Origin: Bacteroidota bacterium
GTDB taxonomy: Bacteria; Bacteroidota; Bacteroidia; Chitinophagales; Chitinophagaceae
Direction: 5' to 3'
DNA length: 64,000 nt
Assembly (NCBI GenBank): GCA_041175905.1
Contig: JBEDEC010000017.1
Coordinates: 1,448-65,447 of the forward strand
Under the pieces are notes generated by a model. It was not told the origin of the DNA. It was given only the letters and a program-made list of their open reading frames with translations, and ran no database searches. A program made the position numbers and the translations under genes. Each line of letters starts with the position of its first letter. The first letter of the stretch is position 1. Below, piece after piece: positions 41,400 to 51,120 of the stretch.

Positions 41400-42560
41400 T
41401 TAGTTTGGAATACCATCACCATCTGTGTCTGTTGGTGTACAAGGCGCAGTACCCGTACAGCCTGCGTCTTCAATACTATCAGGAATACCATCATTATCAG
41501 AATCTAGGTCCAAATAGTCAGGTGTACCATCATTATCAGAATCTCTAGGAGAAGATGGATTTGGACCTGCTTCAATGCTATCAGGAATACCATCGTTGTC
41601 TGAATCTAAATCCAAATAGTTAGGAATACCATCGCCATCTGTGTCTGTTGGTGTACAAGGCGCAGTACCCGTACAGCCAGCATCTTCAACTGAATCAGGA
41701 ATTCCGTCATTATCTGAATCTAAATCTAAATAGTTTGGAACACCATCACCATCTGTATCGGTTGGTGTACAAGGCGCAGTACCCGTACAGCCAGCATCTT
41801 CAACTGAATCTGGGATACCATCGTTATCAGAATCTAGATCTAAATAATCAGGTGTTCCATCATTGTCAGAATCTCTAGGAGAAGATGGATTTGGACCGGC
41901 TTCAATACTATCAGGAATACCGTCATTGTCAGAATCTAAATCCAAGTAGTTTGGAATACCGTCACCATCTGTATCAGTTGGTGTACATGGTGCAGTACCC
42001 GTACATCCCGCATCTTCAACATTATCAGGTATACCATCGTTATCGGAATCGAGATCCAAGTAGTTTGGAATACCATCACCATCTGTGTCTGTTGGTGTAC
42101 AAGGTGCAGTACCCGTACAGCCAGCGTCTTCAATACTATCAGGAATACCATCATTATCAGAATCTAAATCCAAATAGTTTGGAATGCCATCACCATCTGT
42201 ATCTGTTGGTGTACAAGGTGCAGTACCGTTACAGCCAGCATCTTCAATACTATCAGGGATACCATCTCCATCAGAATCTAAATCTAGATAGTTTGGAATA
42301 CCATCGCCATCCGTATCTGTTGGTGTACAAGGTGCAGTACCGTTACAGCCAGCATCTTCAATTGAATCAGGAATACCATCGCCATCACTATCGGTATCCA
42401 AGTAATTTGGAATACCATCACCATCTGTATCTGTTGTTCCTTCAAGAGAATCAGGGATACCGTCTCCATCAGAATCTAAATCTAAATAGTTTGGAATACC
42501 ATCGCCATCTGCATCTCCATTTCCCTCAATTGAATCCGGAATACCATCGCCATCAGAATC
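40570..42560 (-). repeat. Intragenic tandem array of 114-bp (38 aa) and 102-bp (34 aa) Asp-rich units
   Basis: 13 units of type DSDNDGIPDSIEDAGCTGTAPCTPTDTDGDGIPNYLDL, 3 units DSDNDGIPDSIEAGPNPSSPRDSDNDGTPDYLDL and 2 short lead units. Confidence 0.95.
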
Positions 42561-44660
42561 AGTTACAGTATTTACAGTAACAGCCAAACTTGACGAAGCA
42601 CTAGTACAACCATTTGCATTTGCAACAACAGAAATTGTTCCACTAGTTGAATTTGTTTGTACTGTTATGGAATTAGTTGTAGAAGAACCTACCCATCCAT
42701 TTGGAAGTGTCCAAGTATAACTGGTTGCTCCACTTACAGCTTGAACCGAATAAGTTTGTGTAGTACCGCTATTTATACTAGCACTACCCGCAATCGATCC
42801 AGGTGTAGCAGGAGTTGCGGGCTGTGAATTAATAGTTGCATTAGTAGTTGTAGAACTCACACAACCCGCAGCATTTTTAACGCGAATAGTATAAGAACCT
42901 GTTGGTAAAGCAGCAAACGTAACCGAAGACTGATAGGTTCCACCATTCAAACTATAAGTATATCCAGCTCCAGTTGGAGAGGTTACAGTAATCGTGCCCG
43001 TTGCCGTTGCACAAGTAGGCTGTACAACAGAAATTACTGCAGCAGCGGGTAGCGCTTCTACGGTTACAGAACGAGTACTTGTTGCATTTGCGCAACCCCC
43101 TGTTCCTGCAACGGTATAAGTTATGGTAGCGGTACCGGCAGCAACGCCCGTAACAACACCGGTTGATGCATTAACAGTTGCAATACTGGTAGAGGAACTT
43201 GTCCAGCTTCCACCAGATACGGAAGAACTAAATGTTGTTGTTAATCCTACGCAAACACTTTGTGTGCCCGAAAGAGTACCTGCAGAGCCAGCTGTGCTTA
43301 CAGTAATTTGAGCCGTGGCGGTAGCTGTAGATGAAGAACAAGCGCCAGTACCATTTACTGTGTAAGTGATCGTTACTGTTCCTGCGGCAACACCAGTTAC
43401 GACACCTGAAGATGCATTAACTGTTGCAACACCAGTGTTAGAGCTCGTCCAACTTCCACCTGAAACTGTAGAACTCAATGTTGAAGTTGAGCCCACGCAA
43501 ACGCTTGTGCTACCACTGATACTACCAGCAGTTGGCAGTGCATTAACAGTAACTGTACGAGTTGCAGTTGCATTAGGACATGGACTCGTACTTGCTACAG
43601 TATAAGTGATAGTCGCAGTACCGGCAGCCACACCGGTAATTACACCAGTTGACGCATTAACTGTTGCAATGCTTGTATTAGAACTTGTCCAGCTTCCACC
43701 AGATACAGAAGAGCTAAATGTTGTTGTTGATCCTACGCATACGGTTTGTGTGCCCGAAAGAGTTCCTGCGCTAGCGGCTGTAGTAACAGTAACTGTTATT
43801 GTGTCTGAATATCCGGTATTTGCACCATCTGTTGCGGCTCTTCTAAAATAAGTTGTTGTTGTTAAAGCTCCGGGAGAATAACTGGCGCTATTTGTGCCTC
43901 CACTGCTAACATTTGCAAAAGTTGTATTGTCGGTGCTTTGCTGCCACTGATACGTAAGCGTTCCTTCACCACCTGAAGCGAGTGTAAGTGAAGTAAGTGC
44001 AGCAGGAGTCGAGCCAGCGCAAATAGTTTGGTTTGCTCCTATAGTTCCACCATTAACACGCTGAGTAACCAGGTAGCTATTTAATGCATCTAAAATGCCA
44101 GTCATAGCCGCATTACCGGTAATGTCTGTATTGTCTGTTAACGTAAATGTTGATCCATTTTTAAGCAAACCAAAATTGCTATTGCTATTAATTGTATAAG
44201 TGCCACCTGCAGGAAGGTTTAATACAATTGGAGTTATAGTACCAGATGGAATGAATCCAAAGTATTCAATATTATTACCGCTGGGACCTCGCCAGTTAAT
44301 AGCTCCTTCAATATCAACACTAGACCCTGACGTCAAAATCAGTCGAACAGTGCCCGGTATATCATTTCCCTGCACAGTAAATAATCCAGTTGTAGAGGGC
44401 TGGATAAAATAAGCACGAGTTACTCCAAGCGTTGGAAATGTCTTGATTGCCAATGCAGAGTTAGTACTGGTCCCCTTGGTTCCAATAAAACCTCTACTAA
44501 AAGACACTCTTACATCAATTTGAGCAAAACTGATTGTTGCTAGTAAAATTCCAAATACAATTAAGGATGCCTTTTTAAAAAGTTCTTGGCCATGGTTTTT
44601 TTTATTCAGCAGATTTTTTAAAAATGTAAAAACCTGAATAGCGTTAGTTGGCTTCATCAT
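41400..44660 (-). CDS. N-terminal part of the adhesin: long signal peptide, unknown tip domain, three Ig-like (Big_2-type) repeats, SprB/PKD-like domains, TSP3-like repeats
   Basis: SFA|Q cleavage site; WTSSNTSIATVNASTGVITGVAAGTATITYT-type unit x3; start ATG 44660/44657. Confidence 0.7.
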   Translation of the reverse strand: MMKPTNAIQVFTFLKNLLNKKNHGQELFKKASLIVFGILLATISFAQIDVRVSFSRGFIGTKGTSTNSALAIKTFPTLGVTRAYFIQPSTTGLFTVQGNDIPGTVRLILTSGSSVDIEGAINWRGPSGNNIEYFGFIPSGTITPIVLNLPAGGTYTINSNSNFGLLKNGSTFTLTDNTDITGNAAMTGILDALNSYLVTQRVNGGTIGANQTICAGSTPAALTSLTLASGGEGTLTYQWQQSTDNTTFANVSSGGTNSASYSPGALTTTTYFRRAATDGANTGYSDTITVTVTTAASAGTLSGTQTVCVGSTTTFSSSVSGGSWTSSNTSIATVNASTGVITGVAAGTATITYTVASTSPCPNATATRTVTVNALPTAGSISGSTSVCVGSTSTLSSTVSGGSWTSSNTGVATVNASSGVVTGVAAGTVTITYTVNGTGACSSSTATATAQITVSTAGSAGTLSGTQSVCVGLTTTFSSSVSGGSWTSSSTSIATVNASTGVVTGVAAGTATITYTVAGTGGCANATSTRSVTVEALPAAAVISVVQPTCATATGTITVTSPTGAGYTYSLNGGTYQSSVTFAALPTGSYTIRVKNAAGCVSSTTTNATINSQPATPATPGSIAGSASINSGTTQTYSVQAVSGATSYTWTLPNGWVGSSTTNSITVQTNSTSGTISVVANANGCTSASSSLAVTVNTVTDSDGDGIPDSIEGNGDADGDGIPNYLDLDSDGDGIPDSLEGTTDTDGDGIPNYLDTDSDGDGIPDSIEDAGCNGTAPCTPTDTDGDGIPNYLDLDSDGDGIPDSIEDAGCNGTAPCTPTDTDGDGIPNYLDLDSDNDGIPDSIEDAGCTGTAPCTPTDTDGDGIPNYLDLDSDNDGIPDNVEDAGCTGTAPCTPTDTDGDGIPNYLDLDSDNDGIPDSIEAGPNPSSPRDSDNDGTPDYLDLDSDNDGIPDSVEDAGCTGTAPCTPTDTDGDGVPNYLDLDSDNDGIPDSVEDAGCTGTAPCTPTDTDGDGIPNYLDLDSDNDGIPDSIEAGPNPSSPRDSDNDGTPDYLDLDSDNDGIPDSIEDAGCTGTAPCTPTDTDGDGIPN
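43063..43775 (-). repeat. Three ~240-bp Ig-like domain repeats
   Basis: Repeated protein unit; shared DNA such as TGTGTGCCCGAAAGAGT near 43261 and 43748. Confidence 0.85.
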
Positions 44661-44751
44661 GCAGCTTTTGGGTTTAGTTTCCGAGAAATGAAAATAGGGC
44701 GAACTAAGATATATTATGATAGAATAAATTCGACAAACAGTAGCAGATATG

Positions 44752-47700
44752 TCAATAAACAATCGTCAACACTCCCTTGACTATTTTTTTATCAACATCA
44801 TTCAAGTTTATAAAATAAACATACACTGCAGCAGGAAGTAAACGGCCTTTATACTTTCCATCAAATGACTTATTTAGATAATTACCCTTATTCTGATACA
44901 TAACCTGTCCAGCTCTATCAAAAATGATCACTTCTGCGTTGGGATACATAGCCAAGCCAGGAATTTCCCATTTGTCATTTTTCCCATCGCCATTTGGAGT
45001 AAATGCATTTGGGATATAAAGACCCGTATAAACACCCACCTGCATGGTATCTTTTGCTTCACATCCAGTCGAGTTATGTGTTGCTTTTATAATATACCGT
45101 GTAGTAGTAGTTGGATTTGCAACAGGGTTGAGTAAACCAGGATTACTTAATGACGTAGGTGGTGTCCATAAAAATGTATACTGAGAAGGATTAGTGATTG
45201 TAGCAGCTAACGTTGCAGATCCACCAGTAATAATATTCTTATCGGGTCCTGCACTTAAATCAGGCGCTTGCGTTATAGCAAAACCAGATGAAACAAATGG
45301 TCTTGAACCACATCCATTTATATCTGTAACCTGTAACGAGATTGAATAGTTGCCAGGTTGCGAATAGATATGTGTAAAGGGCGGTACATTAGTACCAGTA
45401 CCATTTCCAAAATTCCAATTCCAGTTGGCAATACCCGTTAATGAACTAGAAAATTGAATCGGCATGGAAGTGCATAAAGCAGTTGCCTGCATTGTAAAGC
45501 TCGCAACTGGATTTGCATAAATAGCAGGAATTGTCTTCACGATGGTATCACTATTACAACCACCTGTTGCTGTGATCCAGTGTTTGACAATGACATTGGT
45601 TGCTGCTGAACTATAAACATGTGTTGTAGCATCATTGGTAGTGGAGTTAAAAGACTGAGCATCTCCAAACGTCCAATACCAAGCACCCGTTGCACCTCCC
45701 GCTGAAGAAGCAGTTGAGGAAAATCCAAACACACTATCTACGCAGGGCTTGGTATTGATGATCGTAAAATTCACAGCAGGCTTAATACCTATTGGGACCT
45801 GTCTAATTGTATCACCCACACAACCATTTGAAGCCACAACACTGTATCGAACAGCTTGAGGCCCCACTGTTGTAAAACTTTTTGTAGTGGTAAGCGTAGC
45901 GGCAGTGCTATTATCACTGAATAACCAACTATGCCCCGTTATTGTAAATGTACCTGAGCTACTAATTCCAGTAAATCGTACTTGTTCATTCACACAATTA
46001 TTAGACGAGTAGGTGAAATCAGCAATGGGGCCAGGCCTTACCACAACTTTTACTTCTGCGTATTCTGTTCGGCTGCAATTTTCTACTTCATTTGCAGTAT
46101 AGGTGATTGGAATAATATAGGTGCCTGGTTGACTAAATGTAAAATCCTGTTGAAGTGAATAAACATAATAGGTTCGCCCATTGATAATTTCAGTTCGAAT
46201 AGGCGTAGGATTACTGATGATAGAATCTGTATTGGGAGAAAGCTGTGCAACCTGACTTAATTTCCAAGTAATAGAAGTAGCAGGGTAACCTACTTTTACA
46301 AATAAACGTACTGGCGTTTTTGTACATGTAAACGTATCAGTACTTGCAGTGGTATTAAGTGTATTACCAATTGAACTATAATGATTCAAATTATTGATCA
46401 GTGTTCCCACATTATAGCCATAACTCTCATAACTACCCAAACCATATACTGTAGCAGTAAATGCTGAATCAGCAGTAATTATATGTTCAGCGGCAGGACC
46501 TGTAAATCGCGTTAACGCCACTGAATAAGATGGAAGATTTGGATGTGTAATTACATTAGAGGCAGGAACAGGATTTCCGTCAACACGAAGAGAAGGTATT
46601 GCTGCAGTAGGTACATGAATATTAGCGTATACATAATCAATAGTGGACTTACGACTCACATAAAAACGTACAGACTTTTGTCCTTGTTCAATCGGACTTA
46701 AATAAAACATTTCAGGATCTCCATACGAAGGTGGCGCAGGAGTAGTTACTGGAAAATTCCAACACTGATTTTTATTCACCATGTATTGCGATACTAAAAT
46801 CGGCTTATCAGCAGTAATATAATCTCCGCCGGTTGAGTCCATCAACTCATAAAAAAAGTTACGTTGTAATCCAGTTAATACCACTCCATTTCTTTGCACA
46901 ACCGTGTTCGGATCTTGAACACATACCCTATAATAATTACGATTGGTCTCGTTAATATCTGTATTTATATTGTTAATCGTATGATAAGTTAAATAGCGCG
47001 TACCCCAGGCCTGTGCAGGAAAAACCTGTTGATGCATAAATTCACCTCCGTCTCCTCTACAAATTCGTATGCCACTTGAACCAGAAAAAAATGCAATAGG
47101 TCGACATTGTCCTGCTGAGCCCACCACCGACACCACTTTTGTACCGGTCATATCTTTACTAGCTGCATAGGCCAAGCTACTACCCCCAATCATTTTTCCA
47201 AAAACCGTATACACTTCGCCTTTATTTAGATCGATCGTGTAGGTTTGGCCAGGTAGCCATCCATTTTTTGTTGTGTCAGATGGAGTGATTTGAACACGTG
47301 TTCCATCATCTGTCGCCACTATTGCAAACCAAGAGTACCAATTGGGACCGTTCGCTATTGTTGGACTTATTGCTGGTAATGAAGAATTGGAGGTGGCTTG
47401 TGAATAATTAATAGAGTAATAACTATACCCCAGTGTTTCTATAGGCATTAACATAGTTGCTCCGGAGAGCATGGTATTGTACTGATGTGCATAAACGGCA
47501 ACGGGCACATCACTTGAAATACGAATTCCTCGAGAAGAAAGTCCATCCGTCAAAATACGTGCATCATCTGCGCCAGATTTAGGAATCAGAATAGATGCAT
47601 CAACAGTATTGGCCGGAATATTTAGCGTACGAGTCCAGGTGGTACCAAAAATGCTAACCGTAACAATTGCAGCTTGCTCCGTGCTGATATAAACGGCCAA

Positions 47701-47859
47701 TTCCTGCGCATTAACGGGCATTTCGCTATTAAATCCCCAATTATTACCATAGCAAAGCCAAAACTCCTTACCCCGATTGGATCGGTCCTGTGCCCAAATG
47801 CCACTTAACTGCGTGAGCAACAATGCGAACAACAACAGAAAGTTTCGTACTTTACTCAT
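44752..47859 (-). CDS. T9SS type-B-CTD protein with IgGFc-binding-like N-terminal region and PKD domains
   Basis: Signal IWA|Q, SNRGKEFWL, GDPEM, ESYGYNVG, WTFGD/WNFGNG PKD motifs and IPNAFTPNGDGKND. Confidence 0.85.
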   Translation of the reverse strand: MSKVRNFLLLFALLLTQLSGIWAQDRSNRGKEFWLCYGNNWGFNSEMPVNAQELAVYISTEQAAIVTVSIFGTTWTRTLNIPANTVDASILIPKSGADDARILTDGLSSRGIRISSDVPVAVYAHQYNTMLSGATMLMPIETLGYSYYSINYSQATSNSSLPAISPTIANGPNWYSWFAIVATDDGTRVQITPSDTTKNGWLPGQTYTIDLNKGEVYTVFGKMIGGSSLAYAASKDMTGTKVVSVVGSAGQCRPIAFFSGSSGIRICRGDGGEFMHQQVFPAQAWGTRYLTYHTINNINTDINETNRNYYRVCVQDPNTVVQRNGVVLTGLQRNFFYELMDSTGGDYITADKPILVSQYMVNKNQCWNFPVTTPAPPSYGDPEMFYLSPIEQGQKSVRFYVSRKSTIDYVYANIHVPTAAIPSLRVDGNPVPASNVITHPNLPSYSVALTRFTGPAAEHIITADSAFTATVYGLGSYESYGYNVGTLINNLNHYSSIGNTLNTTASTDTFTCTKTPVRLFVKVGYPATSITWKLSQVAQLSPNTDSIISNPTPIRTEIINGRTYYVYSLQQDFTFSQPGTYIIPITYTANEVENCSRTEYAEVKVVVRPGPIADFTYSSNNCVNEQVRFTGISSSGTFTITGHSWLFSDNSTAATLTTTKSFTTVGPQAVRYSVVASNGCVGDTIRQVPIGIKPAVNFTIINTKPCVDSVFGFSSTASSAGGATGAWYWTFGDAQSFNSTTNDATTHVYSSAATNVIVKHWITATGGCNSDTIVKTIPAIYANPVASFTMQATALCTSMPIQFSSSLTGIANWNWNFGNGTGTNVPPFTHIYSQPGNYSISLQVTDINGCGSRPFVSSGFAITQAPDLSAGPDKNIITGGSATLAATITNPSQYTFLWTPPTSLSNPGLLNPVANPTTTTRYIIKATHNSTGCEAKDTMQVGVYTGLYIPNAFTPNGDGKNDKWEIPGLAMYPNAEVIIFDRAGQVMYQNKGNYLNKSFDGKYKGRLLPAAVYVYFINLNDVDKKIVKGVLTIVY

Positions 47860-47972
47860 TATTTAACAAAGTAACTGCCTATCAATTCATACTCTTTATA
47901 GAAGTACTTCTACAAATTGGCTTTGAATAAATATATACAATTGTAGGCTTTTTATTAACCAACGCAATCGAT

Positions 47973-50900
47973 ATGAAAAGAATTCTTAAACAGAGTTTAG
48001 TGTCAGCCTTATTCATCATGGGCTGTCTGTTTTCAACCCGCCTTCTCGCACAGGGTGTATACAACACCAGGGACTGGCGTTTTAGTAACCCTACTCCATT
48101 TGGATTTACTGTACTGGATGTTGACTATCTAGATGACAATACGGTGATAGCCGTCGGCGAACAAGGTGGTATTGCCCGTTCTACAAATGGTGGACGCACC
48201 TGGACCTATGGCATATTTACCTACCCAACTGCTGCCGGACAGCGCACAAAGGCTAGCTTTCAGGATTTGCACGTAGTGAGTGCCAATGCTATCTATGCAG
48301 TTGGAACCGGTGGTATGATGGCAAAATCTACTGATGCCGGTGTTACCTGGAGTTTTGTAAGCACTCCCCTTTACGCAAATGCTAGATCCATTAATGCCGT
48401 TTGGTTTGTAAGTGAAACTGTAGGATACATAGGAGGACAATGGAACACATTAGACTCTATCCCTAAACTATATCGAACTACAAATGGAGGAGCTAGCTGG
48501 GACTCCCTGAATGCACCCATTGGAGGAAAAACAAGAGTGGGATATGTGAATAATCCAAATCGACCTCCGCTCGTTTGGGATGTAACAGCAAAGGGAAAAG
48601 AAATTTTACGCATTGAATTTAGCAATCCAAATAACGGATATGTCATTGGAAGTGGTCTTGGTATATATGACAGAATTTTGGCAGTGAACACAACTACTTG
48701 TGCTCCACTAACAACAACTACATCTACTGGTGCGCATCATGCGGCACTAGTATGGAAATTTTCAAACGGTACACTTACCGACTATTCATTGAGTAAAGAA
48801 AGATTAGGGTATTCTGGTATTATCACAAATACTGTTACATGTGGAACACAATATAGCAGTAATATCAGCCCAGTTACACAGTCGTACAAAGCGATGAATA
48901 TCATCAATGACTCCTTGATCGTGCTCATGTCATTCAATAATAACACGGTTGTAAGAGTTCACACTGGAAGAAATGATGTTACGACTAATTTGATCAATAA
49001 TCTTCCGGAGCCCGGTAGATACCAAATCATGAATTTCCCATTTCCACCCACACAAGGACCACAGGCTGGACCACCAATTCCTGCGGTTCAAGTGCTATTA
49101 GCATCTAATCCCTATAATATTCGCAGAGCAGCTAATGGAAAATTATATGCTACTTCTTTTTCTGGAACATTTGATCCAGTAAACAAAATGTTTACGTCTG
49201 TTGACACTGGTAGAAATTGGGTGCAAGAAAGAAATTTACCGTTAGGAAGAAATTATAGTGGATTCAGCATTAGCACAATGGACATTTCTCCCAGTGGAAA
49301 CTTTTTATTCATGGGAGTGAATGGTGTTCATTCTGATTCTGTACCTGGATCGGCTTTACGCAGCAATTATGTAACTGTACCCACAGCGGCAAGCTTCTCT
49401 AAAATGGATTTTGCAAATTGTAACAATGCCATTGCAGCCGGGGGAGCCAATATTAATGTTACAACAGATGGAGGAAAAACTTGGACGAATAATTTCAGAG
49501 GTGATTTTGCAGCAAGTTTTTATAATATCAATAGTGTTGCTTATCCTACAACCGCTAAATCTTACTATGCAGTCAGCAATGGTATCATTTACTCATCTCC
49601 TGACAGGGGTGTTACACTAGACCCCATTTTTTCTGATTTTAGTGTTCAGATGAATGATGTGGCTGTACGTGGAGACACCATTTGGGCTTGTGGCACAGGA
49701 GCCTTCTCTGTGCCCACTGCTTCACGTAGACCAAAAGTGTTCAGATCCATTAATGGAGGAGCTACATGGACTACTATTTCTGCTCCATTTACTGCTGGTT
49801 CTACTGCACAAACATTAAATGATATTGAGTTCCCTACACATTTAGTTGGTTATATGTCGGGAAGTAGAGACACTATTTGGAAAACCACCGATGGTGGTAC
49901 CACTTGGTCTAAATTACCCTTACCTACTCCGGGTGTAACTCCTCAAATATCTTACACTGATTTGCAAGCATTGGATGCAAATACTGTTTTTGTTACCGGA
50001 AATGGTTTCCCTCGTCAAGTTGTATTCAAAACCACAGATGGTGGGCAAACTTGGACAAATATCAGTGGAAACTTACAAGCACTGGGTATAGGTAATTTTA
50101 CTGGAGTCAGAATGCATGATGCGAACAATGGATATGTAGTAAGACCTGGAGGTTTCTTATGTAAAACAACTAATGGTGGACAAACCTGGACACCTGAGCT
50201 AGCGCCCACCGGATCATTATTTGAAATTGCAGTATTCCCACAGCGATCTGTTCCTGCAGGCACACCAATGGAAAACAGAAAACTATTCGTTGTTGGACCC
50301 AACTTAAACGGAGCTCCAATCATGGAATATGGTGATACAAGCAAAACAAACGTAAACGTTACGAATGTAGCTGTTGTCCCATCTTGTAGCAATCAAGCAA
50401 CAGGAAGTATCACGATCACTGCAAGTGGAGGTATTGGAAATTATACGTACACAATCAATGGACGTCCTGCACAGAGTACAAATGCCTTCGCCAATTTGGC
50501 ATCAGGAACGTATACCATCACCGTGCAAGATGCATTTTGTGGTATCACTACTCAGTCAGTCACCGTAGGAACATTGGCAAGTCCAAATGTTAACGCGGGT
50601 CCTGATAAAATAATGGTAGATGGCTATCCTGTTTATCTGGAAGGAAGTTCTTCTACTAGCAACCTCACGACAGTTGCTTGGACACCTAGCTCTACATTGG
50701 TAGGCGCTAATAGCTTCAAACCACTGGCAAAGCCAACTACAACTACAACGTATACACTTTCTGTAACAGCAGCTAATGGTTGTACTTCTACAGACAATGC
50801 TGTAGTTACAGTATTACCTTATTGTATCAAACCGTTGGATGCCTTTACACCGAATAAAGATGGAACTAACGATCTATGGTTAGTCACTGCATTTGGTGGA

Positions 50901-51101
50901 ACCTGTGTAGGTCGCGTTTACGTAAATGTCTTTAACAGATACGGAAATGTGGTTTACAAAAACGATAATTACCAAAACAATTGGGATGGTACTTATAATG
51001 GAAAGCCTGTTCCAGATGGCACTTACTATTATGTTATTGACTATCGTTTGATAAATGGAGAATCCATTGTCATGAGAGGCGATCTAACCATTATCCGTTA
51101 A
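47973..51101 (+). CDS. T9SS type-B-CTD protein with YCF48/BNR Asp-box beta-propeller repeats and a SprB-like repeat
   Basis: About ten S/T-x-D/N-x-G-x-T-W boxes, ATGSITITASGG and AFTPNKDGTND...FNRYG...WDG...LTIIR. Confidence 0.87.
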   Translation: MKRILKQSLVSALFIMGCLFSTRLLAQGVYNTRDWRFSNPTPFGFTVLDVDYLDDNTVIAVGEQGGIARSTNGGRTWTYGIFTYPTAAGQRTKASFQDLHVVSANAIYAVGTGGMMAKSTDAGVTWSFVSTPLYANARSINAVWFVSETVGYIGGQWNTLDSIPKLYRTTNGGASWDSLNAPIGGKTRVGYVNNPNRPPLVWDVTAKGKEILRIEFSNPNNGYVIGSGLGIYDRILAVNTTTCAPLTTTTSTGAHHAALVWKFSNGTLTDYSLSKERLGYSGIITNTVTCGTQYSSNISPVTQSYKAMNIINDSLIVLMSFNNNTVVRVHTGRNDVTTNLINNLPEPGRYQIMNFPFPPTQGPQAGPPIPAVQVLLASNPYNIRRAANGKLYATSFSGTFDPVNKMFTSVDTGRNWVQERNLPLGRNYSGFSISTMDISPSGNFLFMGVNGVHSDSVPGSALRSNYVTVPTAASFSKMDFANCNNAIAAGGANINVTTDGGKTWTNNFRGDFAASFYNINSVAYPTTAKSYYAVSNGIIYSSPDRGVTLDPIFSDFSVQMNDVAVRGDTIWACGTGAFSVPTASRRPKVFRSINGGATWTTISAPFTAGSTAQTLNDIEFPTHLVGYMSGSRDTIWKTTDGGTTWSKLPLPTPGVTPQISYTDLQALDANTVFVTGNGFPRQVVFKTTDGGQTWTNISGNLQALGIGNFTGVRMHDANNGYVVRPGGFLCKTTNGGQTWTPELAPTGSLFEIAVFPQRSVPAGTPMENRKLFVVGPNLNGAPIMEYGDTSKTNVNVTNVAVVPSCSNQATGSITITASGGIGNYTYTINGRPAQSTNAFANLASGTYTITVQDAFCGITTQSVTVGTLASPNVNAGPDKIMVDGYPVYLEGSSSTSNLTTVAWTPSSTLVGANSFKPLAKPTTTTTYTLSVTAANGCTSTDNAVVTVLPYCIKPLDAFTPNKDGTNDLWLVTAFGGTCVGRVYVNVFNRYGNVVYKNDNYQNNWDGTYNGKPVPDGTYYYVIDYRLINGESIVMRGDLTIIR

Positions 51102-51120
51102 ACCCATCCAACTAAAGATT

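Larger units (their letters stand above)
38382..44660 (-). pseudogene. Giant T9SS type-B-CTD surface adhesin (~2090 codons) with a single in-frame TAA at 41402-41400
   Basis: ORFs 41400..44762 and 38382..41171 are in the same frame, and the 76 codons between them continue the repeat (FDLDSDNDGIPDSFEDAGC...). The stop may be real or a sequencing/assembly error. Confidence 0.75.

Noticed and set aside
41171-41402. Programmed frameshift or selenocysteine/pyrrolysine recoding between the two adhesin ORFs
   Set aside because: Both ORFs are in the same frame and the stop is TAA, not TGA or TAG; no slippery site is needed.
40570-42560. Repeat array as a CRISPR array or DGR template/variable repeat
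   Set aside because: Units are in-frame coding 102/114-bp repeats with no unique spacers, and there is no cas or reverse transcriptase gene in the window.
40976-42580. Plus-strand ORFs with repeated YHHYQNL/YPYSQHLQ motifs (40976-41548, 41648-41878, 41885-42580)
   Set aside because: Antisense shadows of the Asp/Gly-rich repeat; the variation is synonymous in the minus-strand frame.
43123-43851. Val/Pro/Thr-rich plus-strand ORFs and the other short overlapping ORFs in the track
   Set aside because: They lie antisense to or inside well-supported genes and have no recognisable motifs.
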